Assembly: GCA_016217965.1 (NCBI GenBank)
Contig: JACRFI010000016.1
Location: 65,837-129,836 of the forward strand
Direction of reading: 5' to 3'
Origin: Candidatus Kaiserbacteria bacterium
GTDB lineage: Bacteria; Patescibacteriota; Minisyncoccia; Phycocordibacterales; UBA2100
Length of the DNA stretch: 64,000 bases
The first letter of the stretch is position 1, and each line of letters begins with the position of its first letter. Positions 52,879-62,021 of this stretch are shown here, piece after piece. Under the pieces are notes generated by a model that had not been told where the DNA came from, did not search any database, and was given only the letters and a program-made list of their open reading frames with translations. A program made the position numbers and the translations under genes.

Positions 52879-55053
52879 TCACTCTCGGTGAGCGGTGAGT
52901 TGCAAGGCAGCCACGCGAGCACTGAGAGCGGGATTCTTTTCAAGCGTAGGGTCATTCTTGATATAGTATGATGCCTCGTCGCGCGCCGCTTTGATAAGCC
53001 GCATATTTTGCAGCGCCTCCATGCCAAGATCGGACATGCCCCACTGGCGCCTCCCAAGCAGATCTCCCGCGCCGCGCGCTGCGAGATCCGCTTCTGCGAG
53101 CGCGAACCCATTGTCACTTTTTTCGAGCGCCTTGAGGCGCTTCATTGCCACTTGCCCTTTCGTTTCCGAGAGAAGGAAGCAGTGCGGAGGATGAGAGGAG
53201 CGCTGAACGCGGCCGCGAAGCTGGTGCAGCTGCGCTAAACCGAATCGCTCTGCGCCTTCTATCATCATTACGGTCGCGTTCGGGACATTAATGCCGACTT
53301 CCACAACAGAGGTTGCGACCAAGATATCTATTTCGTGCGCAGCGAATTGTCGCATGACGTTATCTTTTTCTCTCGGCGTTACTGAGCCGTGGAGGAGTCC
53401 GATGCGAAACTCGGGGAAGACGTCTTTTGCCAGCCGTTTGGCCTCTGCTTTTGCCGATTTTGCCTGCAGCGCGTTTATTTTTGCTGGATCGGGCTCGTCG
53501 ATGCGCGGGCATATCACGAAGGCTTGTCGCCCCTTCTGTAGTTCACGCCGCACGGCTTCGTACGCGCTGCCGCGTTCTCCTCTCGAGATTATTTTTGTAG
53601 ATATTTTTGCGCGTCCCGGCGGCAGCTCATCCAATATTGAGAGGTCCAAGTCCCCATACATAGTGAGGGCGAGTGTGCGCGGAATGGGCGTTGCGGTCAT
53701 CGAGAGAAAGTGGGGCGCAGCATCTCCTTTATGCGCCAATTCCCGCCGCTGCTTGGTGCCGAACCGGTGTTGCTCGTCTACGATAGCTAGCGCGAGGTGC
53801 TTGAACTCGACCTTTTTCTGTATGAGGGCATGTGTTCCAACGAGCATCGCTATTTCGCCCCCTTTCACCCATTTGAGGAGTTGTGTGCGGGAAATATCTG
53901 TCGCGTTGCCGGGTGAAGATTTTGATGGGAATTTTTTGCAGCCGCTTCCGGTTATAAGCGCGATATTGATAGGGAGATGTTTGAAATACTCGATAAAGGA
54001 TTGGAAATGCTGGCTTGCCAGTATCTCGGTTGGCGCCATGTACGCAACTTGAAGCGTACCGAAGTTTTGTTCGCGAGGCTTGCTGTTTACAACAGCGTAA
54101 CTTGCTGCGGCGGCAACAAGCGTTTTCCCGCTTCCGACGTCGCCTTCGAGTAGCCGTGCCATCGGATGCCCTTTTTCAAGGTCCGTGATGATGTCGCGTA
54201 CCGCACGTTTCTGCGCGGCGGTTGGAGGGAATGGGATGGTATCCAGAAATCGTGCGACATGTGTTTCCGCCCCGTCTATTCTGAAAGACGGCATCGTATC
54301 GTTTTCGGCTTTCTCACGGAGGCGCGTAATGTTAATGGCGTATATTTCTTCGAAGGCAAAACGTTTCCGCGCCGCTTCGGCATGCGTCTCTTTTTCCGGC
54401 TTATGTAGCCACACAAGCGCAGTCGCAAGGTCGGGCAGGTGATAGCGCAGGCGGATATCTTCTTGGATAGGGTCTGCGAGTGACGTATGCACTCCATGTT
54501 GGAAGACTCGTTCGAGTGCGTGGTAGAACCAACGTGACGTGATGCCTCGAGTTTCAGGGTAGATAGGGAAAAGAGAGGTTCTAGGTTCTAGGTTTGAGGT
54601 GCTAGCAGAATCGAATAAAGCATCCTCCTTTGCTGGTAGGATAAATCCTGCGGGTAAGGCCTCTATCTCAGGATTCGTTATGTACGGTTTGTTTTTTCCT
54701 GCGACTGTGCCGGTCAATTTCACCAATTGTCCTTGCGGCGCCATCTTCGCGATGTACGGCTGATTGAACCACAGCACTTTCACTTTCCCGCTCTGGTCTT
54801 CAAAGTAACCTTCGGTTGCTGTGCGGCGGCTTTTCCAGAGCCTCTTTGCTTCTAGTTTCGAAAGTGTTCCATAGAGCGTGACTTTAGTTCCGTATACGAG
54901 GCGCGATACGTCCGAAGACTCTCCCGCGCGTTCATATCGTGCTGGAAAATGCCGAAGCAGATCCTCGACGGTAGCTATATGAAGGCGTTTCAGCGCCGAC
55001 ACTTGTGTTTGTATGAGCCGGAAGTGTTGTGACAGTAGATCGCCGGGTTGCAT
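52879..55053 (-). CDS. recG: ATP-dependent DNA helicase RecG
   Basis: GDVGSGKT, DEQHRFG, MTATPIPRT, QLHQLRGRV; TATAAT-6nt-ATG at 55053. Confidence 0.96.
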   Translation of the reverse strand: MQPGDLLSQHFRLIQTQVSALKRLHIATVEDLLRHFPARYERAGESSDVSRLVYGTKVTLYGTLSKLEAKRLWKSRRTATEGYFEDQSGKVKVLWFNQPYIAKMAPQGQLVKLTGTVAGKNKPYITNPEIEALPAGFILPAKEDALFDSASTSNLEPRTSLFPIYPETRGITSRWFYHALERVFQHGVHTSLADPIQEDIRLRYHLPDLATALVWLHKPEKETHAEAARKRFAFEEIYAINITRLREKAENDTMPSFRIDGAETHVARFLDTIPFPPTAAQKRAVRDIITDLEKGHPMARLLEGDVGSGKTLVAAAASYAVVNSKPREQNFGTLQVAYMAPTEILASQHFQSFIEYFKHLPINIALITGSGCKKFPSKSSPGNATDISRTQLLKWVKGGEIAMLVGTHALIQKKVEFKHLALAIVDEQHRFGTKQRRELAHKGDAAPHFLSMTATPIPRTLALTMYGDLDLSILDELPPGRAKISTKIISRGERGSAYEAVRRELQKGRQAFVICPRIDEPDPAKINALQAKSAKAEAKRLAKDVFPEFRIGLLHGSVTPREKDNVMRQFAAHEIDILVATSVVEVGINVPNATVMMIEGAERFGLAQLHQLRGRVQRSSHPPHCFLLSETKGQVAMKRLKALEKSDNGFALAEADLAARGAGDLLGRRQWGMSDLGMEALQNMRLIKAARDEASYYIKNDPTLEKNPALSARVAALQLTAHRE

Positions 55054-55219
55054 TCCCGGATTATAAGCCCAGGCAGCGGAAACCTGCCCATGAACCAACT
55101 TTGGTCCTTCACACTGCAAGTGTGTCGGATTAGGTGCTGGGTTATTCACAGGTGTAGCGCTTGCATGCGCGGCACGCCTTTGTACGATTGCGGTGTTAGT
55201 AGGTAGCGATAATCACATC

Positions 55220-55327
55220 ATGATGACTAATGATGATGAGGAGAAGGAAGAAGGAGAGGAGGGGGAGGACGCAGGAGCCGGCGATGATTTGCTAGAAGGT
55301 TTGGGGGATGAGATAGAGCCGGAATAA
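55220..55327 (+). CDS. Putative 35-aa acidic micropeptide
   Basis: GATAAT-6nt-ATG; MMTNDDEEKEEGEEGEDAGAGDDLLEGLGDEIEPE (17 D/E). Confidence 0.55.
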   Translation: MMTNDDEEKEEGEEGEDAGAGDDLLEGLGDEIEPE

Positions 55328-55431
55328 CAGAGGATCGATAGAATCTTACTGGCGACGTAGAGCGAGTGAGGTGGGAAAACGTAGTTTTCACAGCTCCGAG
55401 CCGAGGAGCCAGAAATCTGAAGAGCCGATTT

Positions 55432-55460
55432 ACACCCGCGGCTGAGGCCGCGGGTGTTTT
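55432..55460 (+). terminator. Intrinsic terminator
   Basis: acacccgcggc-tgag-gccgcgggtgtttt. Confidence 0.7.
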
Positions 55461-55492
55461 CATATCGTGCATCGTGTCGTACTATTGCAACT

Positions 55493-55828
55493 ATGAATAC
55501 GCTTCTCACATTCGCAGGCACACTCGCAGCGGTTTTACTCACCGTCAATATCGTTCCAGGGATCACAATAGCAGGAGGATGGACCACTGTGTTTCTCGTC
55601 GCACTTGTGTGGTCCGTTATCGTGATGGTTATTCGCCCTGTCCTACAAGTGTTGACGTTTCCAATAACGCTCATCACATTTGGCCTTTTCTCATTCGTAT
55701 TAAATGCGTTTCTTTTTTACGCGATGACGTGGGTCGTACCGGGCTTTTCAGTTTCCGGTTTCTGGAGCGCAGCCTTTGGCGCAGTGGTTCTGTCGCTTCT
55801 GACGTGGCTGATTCAGAAAGTTTTGTAA
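55493..55828 (+). CDS. 4-TM phage-holin-family (YvlD-like) membrane protein
   Basis: IRPVLQVLTFPITLITFGLFSFVLNA. Confidence 0.9.
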   Translation: MNTLLTFAGTLAAVLLTVNIVPGITIAGGWTTVFLVALVWSVIVMVIRPVLQVLTFPITLITFGLFSFVLNAFLFYAMTWVVPGFSVSGFWSAAFGAVVLSLLTWLIQKVL

Positions 55829-55837
55829 AGCTTAGGC

Positions 55838-56704
55838 ATGAGCGACGTTCCTCCCAAGTTTCCACGTCGAGAGGCGCCGAGAATCCCGGGTCCGGAGCAG
55901 AAAAAACCCGAACAAATTCGACCGCCTTCAGCTCAGGCCCCCCGGCCGCTCACGACGCCTGCTCCTCAAGCCAAAATAGATAACAGAACTGATGAACAGA
56001 AGCGTTTAGATGCACGAAGAAACGCACTTGTCGCAAAGTCTCATGAAGACGCCAGGATCATCGAGGGAATCGAAAGATTAGAAAGTTCGAGAGAGGGATA
56101 TTTGCAGATCATTCGCGATGCGGGCATCAAGATCGGTGCGCCCACGTGGGAAGCGGTGAGTGAAAAGGCCTCGCCGTTTGGCATAGGGAGATCGATCAGA
56201 GAAGGAAAGAAAATAAAAAATATTGTTGAAAAAGTCGGTATTGGAAAGAATGAACGAGTGTCCCTTCTGAAATATCGGGATTGGCTGATCTCAAGAGTAG
56301 GAGAGAAGATAGGTGGTAATGTGCCGGGAACGCGTCCCGCGGGGATCGAAAGGCTTCTCGCGGACGTGTTGAGATACGAGTATAAAATTGGAGAAGAACC
56401 CGTAACTGATCCGAAGAAAGAGGCAATACGAGAGAAAACTAGACAGAAAGCGCTTAGCATATTGCGCGGGCTAAAGATTGAGGAACCGCACATCGTCGAT
56501 AGAATAAAAAGAGCTCTGAATGTAGAGCGGAAAGCGTGGATATACACGCCGCCACTATCTCTTCATGGTGGATATTTCTTTGTTCGTCCCGACGCAGAAC
56601 CAAAAGACATACATCGAGCTATTGAAGCAGCCATGGAAGAAAGAAAGCCACGGCAACAGAAAACGAGATCGAAGAAAAAGCAAAAAGCACCAAAGAAAAG
56701 ATAA
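55838..56704 (+). CDS. Hypothetical basic protein
   Basis: 288-aa ORF, Pro-rich N-terminus, Lys-rich tail. Confidence 0.7.
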   Translation: MSDVPPKFPRREAPRIPGPEQKKPEQIRPPSAQAPRPLTTPAPQAKIDNRTDEQKRLDARRNALVAKSHEDARIIEGIERLESSREGYLQIIRDAGIKIGAPTWEAVSEKASPFGIGRSIREGKKIKNIVEKVGIGKNERVSLLKYRDWLISRVGEKIGGNVPGTRPAGIERLLADVLRYEYKIGEEPVTDPKKEAIREKTRQKALSILRGLKIEEPHIVDRIKRALNVERKAWIYTPPLSLHGGYFFVRPDAEPKDIHRAIEAAMEERKPRQQKTRSKKKQKAPKKR

Positions 56705-56820
56705 GTAGATGCAAAGAAGTTTCAATCTGCGGTGTGATTATATCCTTTGTTCGAACTTTATTCGAGCGACGAGACTAGCGCTCGCGGCGCGACTCTCTCA
56801 AAACGCGAAGTCCTTTTCTG

Positions 56821-56910
56821 CGGAGAGGGAGGGATTCGAACCCTCGATACGGTTTTACCCGTATAGCAAGTTAGCAACCTGCCGCACTAGACCAGCTATG
56901 CGACCTCTCC
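56821..56910 (-). tRNA. tRNA-Ser (anticodon GCU)
   Basis: GGAGAGG acceptor, gcagg-TT GCT AA-cttgc, long variable arm, GGTTCGAATCC. Confidence 0.95.
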
Positions 56911-56928
56911 TGTAGGGCGCATCGTACT

Positions 56929-57921
56929 TCAAGAAGCATACCTTTTCAAATGTTTTGGATTACTTGAGCCTACGATAGTCATGTATTTCTTCATATCTGC
57001 AATGCTATCAAGTCGGACATCGTAACCCGAAATTCTGGCTCTCATCCCGAGATCTGTCAGAATACGCGCTACCGTGTATTGCAGCGGTTGAGAGCGGCTG
57101 CAAAAAGAAAGTTTTTTATAGCTGTACAATTTTCCTTTAACTTTGTATGAATGAACAAATATTGAGCCATCTGTATCTACGAGTCCGCGAACACAGGCAA
57201 TCGTGAATTCTTTGTTTTTCTTTATCCATTCCGGAATATCGAATTGTTGCCGGACTTTATTGCCGATAGGGAGACCAAGTGAGTGAAGATATCTAACAAT
57301 TTCCAATCGAGACACGACAATGTTGTAGACTGAATCCTCAGGTATGTGGTAGAGGCTTGGTTTTATACGAAAAAGATCATTGATTCGCTTCGCAACGAAA
57401 TCGATATATTGACGATCATCGACATGATGGAGAGTGATGCATGCTTGATACTTGCTTAAACCGCCATCTCCCATCATCGTGCCAATGAATTCCGCAAGCT
57501 CAACGGATTTATGGGGCTTATAAATATCCTTCGCCTGAAATTGAAGCGGCTGGCGAAACTGACCAACCTTTTTCCACCATTTCTGCCACTTCTCTCTTCT
57601 AACTGTTTCGTCAACGGGGACTCGTCCATATTTCGCCATAACAGCTTGAGAGCCTTTTCTTCCCGCTCGACTTGTGTGTGCGTATCTGCTTCGAATTGTA
57701 ATGTTTTTAGGCAAAGGAACATATGCACGATGGGAAAGAGAGCGTGCACACGCTAATTGCATATTGAATTTCTCTCTTCGCCAGTCGCGTATTGTTCGTG
57801 GTGAACATAAGCATATCTTTGCGATTTTCTCGACAGAATACTTCTTTTCAACCGTTTCGATGAACGCTCGTTGGGCGCCAGATTTAAAAACCGCTATCCC
57901 ATCTTTCAACGGTCCTGTCAC
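56929..57921 (-). CDS. Stand-alone double-motif LAGLIDADG homing-endonuclease-like protein with N-terminal HTH
   Basis: LAEFIGTMMGDG and CVRGLVDTDG; SPRTIRDWRRE. Confidence 0.88.
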   Translation of the reverse strand: MTGPLKDGIAVFKSGAQRAFIETVEKKYSVEKIAKICLCSPRTIRDWRREKFNMQLACARSLSHRAYVPLPKNITIRSRYAHTSRAGRKGSQAVMAKYGRVPVDETVRREKWQKWWKKVGQFRQPLQFQAKDIYKPHKSVELAEFIGTMMGDGGLSKYQACITLHHVDDRQYIDFVAKRINDLFRIKPSLYHIPEDSVYNIVVSRLEIVRYLHSLGLPIGNKVRQQFDIPEWIKKNKEFTIACVRGLVDTDGSIFVHSYKVKGKLYSYKKLSFCSRSQPLQYTVARILTDLGMRARISGYDVRLDSIADMKKYMTIVGSSNPKHLKRYAS

Positions 57922-57974
57922 CTCTCCATTTTATCCATAAAACCGCTTAGCATCGATGGTAAGTGGTGGATAAA

Positions 57975-58613
57975 TTATGCACGAGCGAGCGCGATTGCCG
58001 TCACCGTCGCACCCTCCTTTTCCAGCGCCATAGCCGCTTCAGCGAGGGTAGCGCCGGTCGTAGTTACATCGTCGATAATCATGGCGTGGTAATCATGCAT
58101 TGTGCCGCGAGCGGCGAACGCGCCAGCAACATTCTTTAGTCGTTCCGAGCGAGAAAGGCGAGTTTGCTGCGGTGTCGCTCGTGTGCGCGAGAGTAAATCG
58201 GCTGCTATGCGAGACACTGTCCCATCTCGAAATTCTTCTGGTAATTGCTGGAGCACGACTTCAATCTGGTTAAACCCGCGTTCCGCAACACGTGATGCGT
58301 GTAGCGGAACGGGGACGAGAATGACCTGCTTTGCCGAAAACATGCGGATACTTGCGATCTCTTCTTGTAAATATTCGGCGAGAACATCGGCGAGAATCTG
58401 TGCCGCATGGGTTGCTCTGTCGTATTTCAGCGCGCGAATGAGATCGTCGGCCGCTTTTGTGCGGTATGACATCAGTGTCGTTATCTCTACGCCATAGGCA
58501 TCATGTTGTGACGGGGATACCGCAAGATCCACCATGGAATACGAATCGATTCGAACCACTCGCTCTTTGCGGGGGAGTATGGTGTCCAGGAGCGTCTGAA
58601 AAAATCGCAACAT
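57975..58613 (-). CDS. comF: ComF-family phosphoribosyltransferase-like protein
   Basis: LKY, PVPLH..R..ERGFNQ, IIDDVTTTGATL. Confidence 0.9.
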   Translation of the reverse strand: MLRFFQTLLDTILPRKERVVRIDSYSMVDLAVSPSQHDAYGVEITTLMSYRTKAADDLIRALKYDRATHAAQILADVLAEYLQEEIASIRMFSAKQVILVPVPLHASRVAERGFNQIEVVLQQLPEEFRDGTVSRIAADLLSRTRATPQQTRLSRSERLKNVAGAFAARGTMHDYHAMIIDDVTTTGATLAEAAMALEKEGATVTAIALARA

Positions 58614-58632
58614 GGTACTATCATTGCACCTG

Positions 58633-58726
58633 CCCCGTTAGAGGCTATACAAATCGCTAGCGGAGTGTGAATACAAAAGTATGTCTTATTCAAACGGTTC
58701 TCAAAAGGCGATGCGCTCTAATGGGG
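58633..58726. mobile_element. MITE-like palindromic element, copy 3
   Basis: ccccgttagag / ctctaatgggg. Confidence 0.6.
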
Positions 58727-59049
58727 TGGACCTAACGCAGAAGAAGTGCATTCCGTGCGAGGTCGGTACGATTCCGCTTTCGCGTGAACAAGCAGAGGAG
58801 CTCCTGGCGCAGACGCCTGGGTGGGAGCTCGATGAAGACGCAAAGGAGATAGAGAGAAAGTTCAAATTCAAGGATTTCAAGGAAGCGCTTCTATTCGCAA
58901 ACAAGGTCGGAAGGATTGCGGAGGCCGAGGGGCATCATCCGGACATGAAGATAGGGTGGGGAAAGGTAAAAGTCGAACTTTCCACCCATGCAATCAAAGG
59001 ACTTTCCGAGAACGATTTCATACTTGCGGCGAAGATAGATGCGTTGTGA
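58726..59049 (+). CDS. Pterin-4-alpha-carbinolamine dehydratase (GTG start; alternative 58681)
   Basis: C.PCE.G, AEAEGHHPD, THAIKGLSENDFILAAKID. Confidence 0.92.
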   Translation: MDLTQKKCIPCEVGTIPLSREQAEELLAQTPGWELDEDAKEIERKFKFKDFKEALLFANKVGRIAEAEGHHPDMKIGWGKVKVELSTHAIKGLSENDFILAAKIDAL

Positions 59050-59170
59050 ATGCTTGACGCTTTGCAAAATCCGCTCGTGGTACAATAACGGTCTCATGCG
59101 TGCTGAGGTCTTTTTGAGTTGGATTGCATTTTCTAGAAACTACAAGTCACTGGCTCCAGGCTATTGATAT

Positions 59171-60322
59171 ATGGCTTTCAACTTTAGTCCACTGGCGCAA
59201 ATAAAATCTGCTCTCGGTTTGAAAAGCAGCGCTGGAAGTGTGCTAGGGATAGATATCGGTGCATCGTCCGCGAAAATAGTGCAACTCCGGTCAGCGCATG
59301 GCGCGGCAATACTTGAGACATACGGTGAGATTGCATTGGGACCATATGGGGACGTCGCGATAGGGAGGGCGGTCAAGTTGACGCCAGAAAAAACTGCAGA
59401 AGCTCTCGTGGATCTGATGCGGGAAGCAAATGTCACGTCAAGGGAGGGTGGCATCTCGATCCCGTTCTCTTCCAGCCTCATTTCCATTCTCGATATGCCA
59501 AAGGTGGATTCAGACCAGTTAAAACGCATGATCCCCATTGAGGCGAGGAAATATATCCCGCTTCCCGTATCAGAAGTCATGCTCGACTGGTTCGTTGTGC
59601 CGCATGACGAGCCGCAAGACGCCGCGTTTGATCGCATAGAGAAAGAAACGCAGATGCAAAAAAGCGGGCAGGAGGTCCTCTTGGTCGCTATCCATAACGA
59701 AACTGTGCGCGCATACCAGACCATCGCGGCCGAAACTGGGCTCTCCGTGCGCTTTTTTGAAATTGAGATATTCAGTGCCGTTCGTTCCTCGCTCCGATCG
59801 GGGGTCGCACCTATACTGGTGATAGACCTGGGTGCTGCAACGACAAAGATGTATATCGTGGAGCGTGGAATAGTCCGCACGACGCATCTTGTAACACACG
59901 GCGGGCAGCACATGAGCGAGAATTTAGCGCGCAGCCTCGGTTGGGAATTCGAAAAGGCGGAACGCGTAAAGAGGGAAAGGGGGCTCGCAGATTCATCCGC
60001 TTTCTCGACGGATGAGAATGACAAGATAAGGACGGCGTTGTTATCAACACTAGAACGGGTGTTTTCGGAAGCGAATCGGGTAGTATTGAGCTACGGGAAG
60101 CGATACAACAAGAATGTGTCGCACGCTGTCCTTACAGGCGGCGGGGCGTCGCTCCCTGGCCTTCCGGCGCACGCGAACCAATTGCTTCAGGTCGAAGTCG
60201 AGATATCCGACCCGTTCGGGCGCACGGAAACTCCCGCATTCCTCGATAAGGTATTGAAGGAAATTGGCCCGGGATTCGCGGTCGCAGTCGGGCTCGCACT
60301 CCGGGACTTGCAACATCGTTGA
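59171..60322 (+). CDS. pilM: Type IV pilus assembly protein PilM
   Basis: GIDIGASSAKIVQL, EARKYIP.P, IDLGA, LTGGGA, AVGLALR. Confidence 0.92.
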   Translation: MAFNFSPLAQIKSALGLKSSAGSVLGIDIGASSAKIVQLRSAHGAAILETYGEIALGPYGDVAIGRAVKLTPEKTAEALVDLMREANVTSREGGISIPFSSSLISILDMPKVDSDQLKRMIPIEARKYIPLPVSEVMLDWFVVPHDEPQDAAFDRIEKETQMQKSGQEVLLVAIHNETVRAYQTIAAETGLSVRFFEIEIFSAVRSSLRSGVAPILVIDLGAATTKMYIVERGIVRTTHLVTHGGQHMSENLARSLGWEFEKAERVKRERGLADSSAFSTDENDKIRTALLSTLERVFSEANRVVLSYGKRYNKNVSHAVLTGGGASLPGLPAHANQLLQVEVEISDPFGRTETPAFLDKVLKEIGPGFAVAVGLALRDLQHR

Positions 60323-60326
60323 TACC

Positions 60327-61016
60327 ATGGAAACCGGCATCAAATCATCGTTTATTCCTCATGACGCAACAGCGCCAGTTGCGGCGCGGGTATCTAGGGG
60401 CCCCGGATTTTCAGATCTTTTGATCCTCATCGCAATAGTGCTCTTGGTAGCGTCGCTTGCGCTTGCAACGGGCGTTTTCCTGTACGTCCAATACTTGCAG
60501 ACATCAACCGCGAGCAAGCTTCAGCAGCTTGAGCGCGCCAAGCAAGCGTTCGAGCCATCCCTCATACTGGAACTCACGCGCCTCGATGATAGGATGAGGG
60601 CCGCTGACAAGATACTTTCGTCACACATCGCACCCTCTGTCTTTTTTCACTTGCTTGAAAGCCTTACGCTCCAGACAGTCGCGTACTCGAACCTTGATTT
60701 TCAGGCAGCGGATTCACAAAACATGCGCATAAAAATGCATGGACTTGGGCAAAGCGTGAACTCCATCGCGCTCCAGGCAGATTACCTTTCAAAAAGCGGC
60801 GCAATAGCAAGCCCGATATTCTCAAACATTGACCGGCAAGCGAACGGCGTGAATTTTGACCTGACTGCCCTTGTGAATCCTACAGCGCTCAGCTACACGC
60901 AAGTTGCTGGGGCAGCTGCTCTCCCGCAGCAGCAAGAATTGCCGGATGAGAGCGGGTTTCCCTTTGCTCCGCAGAACGGTTTGCCGGAGAGCCCGCCTGC
61001 AGGCGAAGTTGACTAG
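60327..61016 (+). CDS. pilN: PilN-like protein
   Basis: Single TM plus coiled coil; synteny after pilM. Confidence 0.7.
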   Translation: METGIKSSFIPHDATAPVAARVSRGPGFSDLLILIAIVLLVASLALATGVFLYVQYLQTSTASKLQQLERAKQAFEPSLILELTRLDDRMRAADKILSSHIAPSVFFHLLESLTLQTVAYSNLDFQAADSQNMRIKMHGLGQSVNSIALQADYLSKSGAIASPIFSNIDRQANGVNFDLTALVNPTALSYTQVAGAAALPQQQELPDESGFPFAPQNGLPESPPAGEVD

Positions 61017-61019
61017 CAT

Positions 61020-61607
61020 ATGACACGTACCATCATAGCGATACTGGGCTTGACGATTGCTATCGCGGTGTTTTTCCTGTATACGAAGCCAACGTACGAT
61101 GATGCGAAGGCCTTCCAGACCACAATTTCGGAATACAATGGGGCGCTTGAGAAAGCGAGCGAACTTCAGCGTCTCAAGCAAGCGCTCCTCTCCCGATATA
61201 ACGCGTTCAATCCGTCCGATATAGACCGCTTGCACAAACTCCTTCCTGATCACGTTGATAACGTTCGCCTCGTGCTGGATTTGGACAATATTGCTCAACG
61301 CTACGGGCTTGCTCTGCAGAACGTCGTTGTCGGAGCGCCGAGCCAGACTACTGCTGCACCTGCGGGCGCGATCGGAAGTACCGATGCATTCGATTCTTTG
61401 ACGTTTAAGTTCTCGACAGAGGGGACGTACGCGAACTTTGTCCGATTCATGGAAGACTTGGAGCGCAGCCTTCGCATTGTTGATCTTGTGACGCTCACGA
61501 TGTCCAACACGGGAAGCGGGCAGAACGAGCAACAGAACGCGAAGGGTCCGCCGGTGGAGCCGACGTATCGTTTTGATGTCACGGTAAAAACATATTGGCT
61601 CAAGTGA
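61020..61607 (+). CDS. pilO: PilO-like protein
   Basis: LLPD, GTYANFVRFMEDLERSLRIVD. Confidence 0.8.
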   Translation: MTRTIIAILGLTIAIAVFFLYTKPTYDDAKAFQTTISEYNGALEKASELQRLKQALLSRYNAFNPSDIDRLHKLLPDHVDNVRLVLDLDNIAQRYGLALQNVVVGAPSQTTAAPAGAIGSTDAFDSLTFKFSTEGTYANFVRFMEDLERSLRIVDLVTLTMSNTGSGQNEQQNAKGPPVEPTYRFDVTVKTYWLK

Positions 61608-61611
61608 TTGT

Positions 61612-61956
61612 ATGATGGAAATGCTCGCAAAAAATAAAATAGTAGTTGGGGGAATTGCCATTTTCGTTTTGGTTGGCGCGTGGTACGGCCTTTCCGGAAA
61701 CACTGAAGCGCCCGAACTTCTTGTCACAGAGGATTTCACCGTGCCTTCGAGCGAAGCCGACAAAGACCTTGTCACAACGCTCTTGCAGCTTCGTTCCGTG
61801 TCGCTTGAGGGCACTATCTTTTCCGACCCTCTCTTCCAGACCCTCGTGGACCATGGCAGCGATATAATACCGGAGCCGGTAGGGAGGCCGAATCCATTCG
61901 CGCCGCTGCTGTTCGGGCAATTTGCGTCGGGCACTCCCGCTTCCGTTGGGCGATAG
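61612..61956 (+). CDS. PilP-like small membrane protein
   Basis: GRPNPFAP motif; synteny. Confidence 0.6.
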   Translation: MMEMLAKNKIVVGGIAIFVLVGAWYGLSGNTEAPELLVTEDFTVPSSEADKDLVTTLLQLRSVSLEGTIFSDPLFQTLVDHGSDIIPEPVGRPNPFAPLLFGQFASGTPASVGR

Positions 61957-62021
61957 GCTTCTCCGCGATGCTATAATCAGTTTTCTGAGGCCGGTTGATT
62001 GCCGAGCATTTTCATCAGCGT

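Noticed and set aside
55493-55828. Holin as evidence of a prophage
   Set aside because: YvlD-like 4-TM proteins are common chromosomal genes; no phage genes nearby.
60822-61934. 370-aa minus-strand ORF (and similar long antisense ORFs, e.g. 47830-48759)
   Set aside because: Antisense to well-supported genes, with no recognisable motifs.
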